DNA of 48,509 nucleotides, from assembly GCA_035252155.1 (NCBI GenBank), contig DATFDL010000646.1, forward strand, positions 1 through 48,509, read 5' to 3'. The position numbers were made by a program, and so were the translations under genes. Below, piece by piece: positions 43,618 to 48,509 of this stretch. The notes beneath the pieces are model-generated. The model saw only the letters and a program-made list of their open reading frames with translations. It was not told where the DNA came from and made no database searches. Numbering within the stretch: position 1 is the stretch's first letter; every line of letters starts with the position of its first letter. Origin of the DNA: Pirellulales bacterium. GTDB lineage: Bacteria; Planctomycetota; Planctomycetia; Pirellulales; JAICIG01.

Positions 43618-45057
43618 ATGCTCGTTCGTCGGTTCGCGGTCAGTGCGGCAACACGCTGGCTCGTCGGTTTGGCGTTTTTGCTGTATTTGGGGCTGCTCGA
43701 CGGGGCCGATTTGCGGGCCGGGGAACAGGCCGCTCCCGAGGCCGATTCGCCGTCGAAAAACAAGCCCGCCTCGCCGGAAGATGCCGAGTACTATGAACTC
43801 TTCAAGACGCTGGCCGACACCATTGACCAGGTCGATCGCAACTATGTCAAGGACGTCAGCCGCCGCGAGCTGATGGAGGCCGCCATTCGCGGCGTGCTGA
43901 GCAAGCTCGATCCCTACTCGAACTATATCGGCCCGGACGACGTCAACCGGTTTAAGGTGACCGTCGAAAATCAGTTTACGGGCGTCGGCATTCAGGTCGA
44001 GCTGCGGCGCGGAATGCTGACCGTGATCACGCCGATCGTCGGCAGCCCGGCCTACAAGGCAGGTGTGCAGGCCGGCGACGTCATTACCGACATCGAAGGC
44101 AAAAGCACCGAAGGCATCGACCTGGACGAAGCGGTGCGGCGGCTGAAGGGCGAACCGGGTTCGAGTGTTACGTTCACGGTGCAGCATCCCGGCGGCGCGG
44201 GGCTGGAAAAGCTGACGGTCACGCGCGAGCTGATTCAGATGGAAAGCATCCGCGGCGACACGCGCAACGACCGCGACGAGTGGAACTTCATGCTCGACGC
44301 CGATAAAAAGATCGGCTATGTCCGCGTGCTGTCGTTCGGCCGCGAGACGCAGCGAGAGCTGAAAAAAGCGCTGGAGCAGTTGAAAAAAGACAAATTCCGC
44401 GGGCTGGTGCTCGATTTGCGTTTCAATCCGGGCGGGCTGCTGAGTTCGGCCATCGAGGTGGCCGACATGTTCCTGACCGAGGGCGAGATCGTCAGCACCT
44501 CGGGACGCAACAGCCCCAAACGGTCGTGGAGCGCCCACAAGTTCGACACGTATGAGGGTTTTCCGATGGTGGTGCTGGTCAACCGGGCCAGCGCCAGCGC
44601 CAGCGAGATCGTCTCGGCGTCGCTGCAAGACCACAAGCGGGCGATCGTCGTGGGCGAGCGCACCTGGGGCAAGGGCAGCGTGCAGACGGTGGTCGATCTC
44701 GAAGGGGGCAAAAGCATGTTGAAGCTGACCACGGCCAGCTACGTGCGGCCCAACGGTCACAACATCCACCGCTTTCCCGACGCCAAGGAGAGCGACGAGT
44801 GGGGCGTGATGCCCGACACCGGGTATGAACTGAAGCTCAACGACCGCGAGTTTTTGCAGTTGCAGCTTTACCGCCGCGACCGCGACATTCTGACGGTGAA
44901 TCACGTCGCGGGGCAGGCAACAGCGGCGACCGACGCCAGCAAAGCGCCCCCTCCGGCCGAGGCCTCGAACGGCCAACCGAGCACGTCCGGTTTTGTCGAT
45001 CGTCAGTTGCAGAAGGCAGTCGATTATCTCAGCTCCGAGCTGGCCAAAGCTCAATAG
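43618..45057 (+). CDS. S41-family C-terminal processing peptidase (PDZ-containing, Ctp/Prc-like)
   Basis: Start set at ATG 43618 after GGGAGG. The PDZ segment is GSPAYKAGVQAGDVITDIEG, the catalytic Ser region RASASASEIV, and the Lys region TWGKGSVQ. Confidence 0.9.
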   Translation: MLVRRFAVSAATRWLVGLAFLLYLGLLDGADLRAGEQAAPEADSPSKNKPASPEDAEYYELFKTLADTIDQVDRNYVKDVSRRELMEAAIRGVLSKLDPYSNYIGPDDVNRFKVTVENQFTGVGIQVELRRGMLTVITPIVGSPAYKAGVQAGDVITDIEGKSTEGIDLDEAVRRLKGEPGSSVTFTVQHPGGAGLEKLTVTRELIQMESIRGDTRNDRDEWNFMLDADKKIGYVRVLSFGRETQRELKKALEQLKKDKFRGLVLDLRFNPGGLLSSAIEVADMFLTEGEIVSTSGRNSPKRSWSAHKFDTYEGFPMVVLVNRASASASEIVSASLQDHKRAIVVGERTWGKGSVQTVVDLEGGKSMLKLTTASYVRPNGHNIHRFPDAKESDEWGVMPDTGYELKLNDREFLQLQLYRRDRDILTVNHVAGQATAATDASKAPPPAEASNGQPSTSGFVDRQLQKAVDYLSSELAKAQ

Positions 45058-45142
45058 CGCGGCTCGTTGCTTTTTTCATCGCGATGAAGGGTGGCCTTCC
45101 GGGCCTCATGGTCGCCTTTCACTACGGCTAATTGCGACGATG

Positions 45143-45970
45143 CTAGCCTTCATGTGATTTCTTGCCACGCCAAAATCTGACGGTCGCCACTGCGAACAGC
45201 GACTCGATCAGCACGGTTGTCGGAATCGAAAACAGGTCTTCCCAGAGCACTCCGATCGGGGTCTGGCGTAGGGCGCGCAGCGCGTCCCAGAACCAGCTTG
45301 CGCTCAGATAACTTTGCATGACGAAGCCCAATCCACAGACCACCGCCAGTGTGACGACATACCGCGCCGCCTCGCGGGCGGGCTGGCGGCGCGGGCGATG
45401 GTCTGGCCCGGCCAACATTCCGAGCGCGACCAATAGGCTCAGTTGTGAACCTTCAGCAAGCAGGAAGAGCGCATCGGTGGACGTCCTCGATGCCAGAAAC
45501 CATTGGATACAGACGATCGAGACGCCGATCGCGGTGGTGAAGAGCAACAGATCTCTGGTGGTGAACTGCCAGCGACCCGCGGTGGCCTGTTGCTCGGCCC
45601 GGCGGCGCTGTGACGCCTCGACCGCCATCGTCAACAGCAACGTGGCGCCGCACGCCACAAGCACATAAACGGCCAACCAATACGTCGAATACTTGGGGTG
45701 CCGGACCGCCAGCAGAATCCAACTGAGCAGCCCGCCCAGCACGGCGACGGCTGCCCGTCGCGGCCAGGCCGCCCCGCTCAGGGCGGCCCAGACCGCCAGC
45801 ATACCGGCCTCGCTGAACGTCACCACTCGAAACACGTTTCGGGCGGCCCAATCGTCGGGCCGTGCCATACTGAAGCCAAAAGCCGCCAGCGGCGCGGCGA
45901 CGTGGGCCGCGATCAGCAACGCCAATGCTACACGTTTGCCGACGACGTCGGTTGACATCGCGTTGTTCAA
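45143..45970 (-). CDS. Hypothetical polytopic membrane protein
   Basis: The ORF has 6 to 7 hydrophobic spans. TTG 45970 lies behind GAGG, 7 nt after the upstream stop. An alternative ATG lies at 45958. Confidence 0.65.
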   Translation of the reverse strand: MNNAMSTDVVGKRVALALLIAAHVAAPLAAFGFSMARPDDWAARNVFRVVTFSEAGMLAVWAALSGAAWPRRAAVAVLGGLLSWILLAVRHPKYSTYWLAVYVLVACGATLLLTMAVEASQRRRAEQQATAGRWQFTTRDLLLFTTAIGVSIVCIQWFLASRTSTDALFLLAEGSQLSLLVALGMLAGPDHRPRRQPAREAARYVVTLAVVCGLGFVMQSYLSASWFWDALRALRQTPIGVLWEDLFSIPTTVLIESLFAVATVRFWRGKKSHEG

Positions 45971-45977
45971 GGCGGCC

Positions 45978-46751
45978 TCAATTCCGCGAGGTCTCAGCGG
46001 TTCGCGCCCCGCGCAGGTCGGTCAAAAGCCGCTCGATTTCTCGATGAATCTGCCAGGTCTGCGCGACGACCAAGGCCCCGCTATTAGGATATTCACTGAT
46101 CGTGCCCGGCCCACGCTGATGGGCGCACTGCCATGAGTCCGACGCGATATTGGTGCGAATGACATCGGCGAGCAACTGATAGTCGTTGGCCCGCTCTCGT
46201 CCGCCGCGCGGTGCGCCACCGGCAGATTTCGCCAAGTCGGAGACCGGGTAGACCTTCACGGTCAGCATGTTCTCGGCGACGGTTTGAGTGGTGATCAGCA
46301 GCACTTCGTCGTGGATCAGGTAGGTGCAGTCCAGTTGGCCCAAGATCAGATCGAGCGCCGAGTCGAGCGTGATGCCTTTGATATTGCGCGTGACGGGCGT
46401 GTCGCTGCCCTGCCCAGCGTCTTCGAGAGCCCGCTTGTCGAGCTGAATCTCGATACCATGCCGTTCCTTGAGAAAGTCGATCACGTCTTGCAGAGGCTGG
46501 CCCGTGAAATCGACTTCGGTCGGTTCGTCGAGCGCCGCCAGGATTTTGACTTCGTTCGACCGCTTTCGATCGACGGCGAATGGCCCCTGATCGAAGGGGC
46601 CCGCCGGCTCGCCTGCTTTCTGGGCCGTTGCTCCGCCCAACGGCGGCTGGTTCTGCTGCCCGACGGCCAACGGCCCGCCTAAGGCGACCCATCCCAGCAG
46701 TGCCACCAAACTCAAGAATGCGCCCCGCGTGAACCAAACATGCGTTGTCAT
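45978..46751 (-). CDS. Secreted protein with an STN/N0-like plus secretin-N-like (ring-building-motif-like) module, no secretin barrel
   Basis: AAAGGAGAG lies upstream and there is a signal peptide. The module is VDFTGQPLQDVIDFLKERHGIEIQLD then ENMLTVKVYPVSDL...SDSWQ...GALVVAQTWQIHREIERLLTDLR. It is paralogous to 47022-48509. Confidence 0.75.
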   Translation of the reverse strand: MTTHVWFTRGAFLSLVALLGWVALGGPLAVGQQNQPPLGGATAQKAGEPAGPFDQGPFAVDRKRSNEVKILAALDEPTEVDFTGQPLQDVIDFLKERHGIEIQLDKRALEDAGQGSDTPVTRNIKGITLDSALDLILGQLDCTYLIHDEVLLITTQTVAENMLTVKVYPVSDLAKSAGGAPRGGRERANDYQLLADVIRTNIASDSWQCAHQRGPGTISEYPNSGALVVAQTWQIHREIERLLTDLRGARTAETSRN

Positions 46752-46773
46752 TGGAACTCTCCTTTCTCGGTTG

Positions 46774-46816
46774 CCAGGTTTCGCGCCCCGCGTAGTGCCT
46801 CTAAAAAACGCTCGAC
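46774..46816 (-). pseudogene. Relic of the 3' end of a further paralogue of the secretin-N-like module
   Basis: The minus strand GTCGAGCGTTTTTTAGAGGCACTACGCGGGGCGCGAAACCTGG aligns at roughly three-quarters identity with the last codons of 45978-46751 (ATCGAGCGGCTTTTGACCGACCTGCGCGGGGCGCGAACCGCTG). It would encode VERFLEALRGARNL. Confidence 0.3.
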
Positions 46817-46888
46817 CCGCCCGATGCCATCGTAGACATCACGCTCCGCGTGAGGTTGACGCCAGAGGCGCCTGGTGAACCGTGCGAC

Positions 46889-46908
46889 GGCCGGCCACAA
46901 GGGCTGGG
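46889..46908. repeat. GGCCGGCCACAAGGGCTGGG unit (same family as the repeats inside tex)
   Basis: Read directly from the sequence; compare the reverse complement of 27798-27817. Confidence 0.4.
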
Positions 46909-47021
46909 ACGACCATGCGGCGATTGGCCGGGGCATCGCTGAGGCTCTGCCCCAGCCACCGATTTCTAGCTTCAAAGAGCCGGACATCATGCGGAGCATT
47001 ATGGCGACAATCGCCTCTCCG

Positions 47022-48509
47022 CTAATTATCTGCGTGCTGCGCGGCGGCGGCATCACGCAAGGCCCGCAAGTGCTGGGCAATCTCTTCGTGCACCTCCGTC
47101 GTTTGCGAAACCACCAGTGCGCCGAAATTGGCGAACGACTCCATCGCGCCCGGTCCGCCAACGTCTTGCCAGGAGTCGGGCGCCACAGTCGATTGAATCA
47201 ATTGGATAAGTTTGCGGTAATCGAGCGCCGAACGCTCGCCTCCGCCCTCACCCGACCGCACCACGAGGTCGAATACGGGGTAGACTTTGACAACCATCAT
47301 GTTTTCGGCCTCGGTCTTGCTGGTGATCACCAGCACCTCGTCGCGGATCACATAGGTAAGGTCGAGCTCGCCGAGCATCAGCCGCAGGGCCGACCGCAAC
47401 GAAGAAAAGCTGGCGTGGCGCGTGAACGGCGTATCGCTGCCGATGCCGGCATCCTCCAGCGCGCGGCGATCGAGCACGGCCTGAATGCCGTAACGCTCGC
47501 TCAGCATCGCAACCAAATCCGACAACGGCACGTCAGCCAGATCGAACTCCGCGTGGCCGTCGAGCGCCTGCTCGATTTCCGCTTCGCTGCCCGCCGGCCG
47601 CGGCTCGGCCTCTTGCGGCCAGTTGGGCTGCGGGCCGGGCGTCGCCAGCGGCGGCAACAAGGCATTGTGTGAGGCGTCGGCGTTGGGATCCTGCGTGACA
47701 CGGAACGGCACAATTTGCGCTAAGAGCTGGTTGACCTCCGTGTGGATCTCGTCGGTCTGCCGCACCACGAGGGCGCCGGCGGCGGCGCGGGCCACGCCCT
47801 TGCCGCGCGGCTGCCAACTTTCTGGCTCGATCATTTCCGGCAACAACTGCGCGATCTCGGCAGCCCAAGCTTCGGCCCGTGCAGCGTCGAACATCAGCGG
47901 AGTGCTCGGTTGCGCTGGCGTTGTCTGCACCGGCTTTGGCGAGCCATCCTGCGGCTGGCCGGCCGGTTCGGGCGGCTGGGCATCGGGTTTAGCCTCGGCG
48001 GCACGTTCGTCGGCCGGCGCAGCTTCGGCATCGTCGGCCTGGTGATTCATCAAGCCCATGCCGCCGCCCATTCCTCCGCCCATTATTCCCATGCCGCCGC
48101 CCATCATCCCCAACCCGCCAAGGCCGAGTCCCGGCGCACCCGGCATCAAGCGATAAACCTTGACGCGCATTTCGGGCACGGCGTCGTCAGCCGGCTGAGC
48201 ACGGCGCGCGATCGCCGCGGCCACCGCGCGTTGCTTGTCGCTGGTCTTACGCAACGTCGCCAACAGCTCGGCGATTTCCTCGTGGACTTCGGTGGTTTGT
48301 GAAATCACCAGCGAATCGCCGTTGCGAAACGAGCTGATCGTACCGGGCCCGCCCACGTCTTGCCATGTGTCGGTTGCAACCGTGCTCTCGATCGCGTGAA
48401 TCAGCATGCGGTAGTCCGCCTCGGTCCGCGCGCTGGGAGCCGGCGGTTGAAAATCCGACTTCGCCACCAGATCGGCCACCGGGTAGATCTGCGTGACCAG
48501 CATGTTTTC
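47022..48509 (-). CDS. Secreted multi-module paralogue (repeated STN-like/secretin-N-like units, Gly/Met-rich linker); 5' end beyond the window
   Basis: The frame stays open to nt 48509. The edge codons E-N-M-LVTQIYPVADL match the internal ENM(L/M).VKVYPV.DL motif, so the tracked Met is internal. There are three module copies. Confidence 0.8.
   Translation of the reverse strand, partial: ENMLVTQIYPVADLVAKSDFQPPAPSARTEADYRMLIHAIESTVATDTWQDVGGPGTISSFRNGDSLVISQTTEVHEEIAELLATLRKTSDKQRAVAAAIARRAQPADDAVPEMRVKVYRLMPGAPGLGLGGLGMMGGGMGIMGGGMGGGMGLMNHQADDAEAAPADERAAEAKPDAQPPEPAGQPQDGSPKPVQTTPAQPSTPLMFDAARAEAWAAEIAQLLPEMIEPESWQPRGKGVARAAAGALVVRQTDEIHTEVNQLLAQIVPFRVTQDPNADASHNALLPPLATPGPQPNWPQEAEPRPAGSEAEIEQALDGHAEFDLADVPLSDLVAMLSERYGIQAVLDRRALEDAGIGSDTPFTRHASFSSLRSALRLMLGELDLTYVIRDEVLVITSKTEAENMMVVKVYPVFDLVVRSGEGGGERSALDYRKLIQLIQSTVAPDSWQDVGGPGAMESFANFGALVVSQTTEVHEEIAQHLRALRDAAAAQHADN

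Noticed and set aside
43570-45054. Upstream two-thirds of the 745-aa minus-strand ORF (42817-45054)
   Set aside because: It is an antisense shadow of the well-supported S41 peptidase gene, with Arg/Gly/Ala/Val-rich low-information sequence. Only the 3' part (42817-43569) has its own SD and a protein-like sequence.
46748-47161. 137-aa ORF between the secretin-N-like paralogues as a gene
   Set aside because: It overlaps the 3' end of 47022-48509 and has no SD. Only its last ~15 codons resemble the family module, so it is treated as a relic fragment.

Overview
This is a high-GC segment (by eye, roughly low to mid 60s %). It looks like ordinary chromosomal DNA of a Planctomycetota (Pirellulales-like) bacterium. 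That inference rests on a DUF1559 protein with a prepilin-type N-terminus, many short dispersed palindromic repeats, and secretin-N-like secreted paralogues.

I support about 45 protein-coding genes. All calls come from motif recognition only; no searches were run.
- **Housekeeping:** argS, rsfS, bcp, tex, polX, an S41 protease, and a PIN/TRAM membrane protein.
- **Signalling:** a hybrid PAS kinase, an NtrB/NtrC-type pair with a GAFTGA sigma-54 activator, a CheY-like receiver, and a TetR regulator.
- **Carbohydrate and envelope:** GT4 + unknown + GH130, a PL11-like lyase, a Wza-like exporter, and UbiA + DprE1-like.
- **Others:** a membrane desaturase, a P450, and several hypothetical genes.

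I saw no rRNA, tRNA, CRISPR array, transposase, integrase, phage genes or recognisable defence system.

The observations most worth follow-up are:
1. A three-member family of conserved two-hairpin RNA modules. Each ends in an intrinsic terminator just upstream of a start codon. Two copies have the same promoter-like TTGCTT / TAGNAT boxes at the same distance, so this is a candidate new leader or sRNA class.
2. A consensus sigma-54 promoter in front of a DUF1559 / mini-lipoprotein / double-rnk gene string, which lies next to the GAFTGA activator.
3. A 263-bp MITE with 27-bp terminal inverted repeats and a 10-bp target duplication, splitting the GT4-GH130 operon.
4. Two copies of a ~190-bp double-hairpin element bracketing a 2.9-kb three-gene segment.
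5. Dispersed repeats embedded in-frame in coding regions: tex, the Wza-like exporter, and the DprE1-like tail.

Many long ORFs in the track are antisense shadows typical of high-GC DNA and are rejected.
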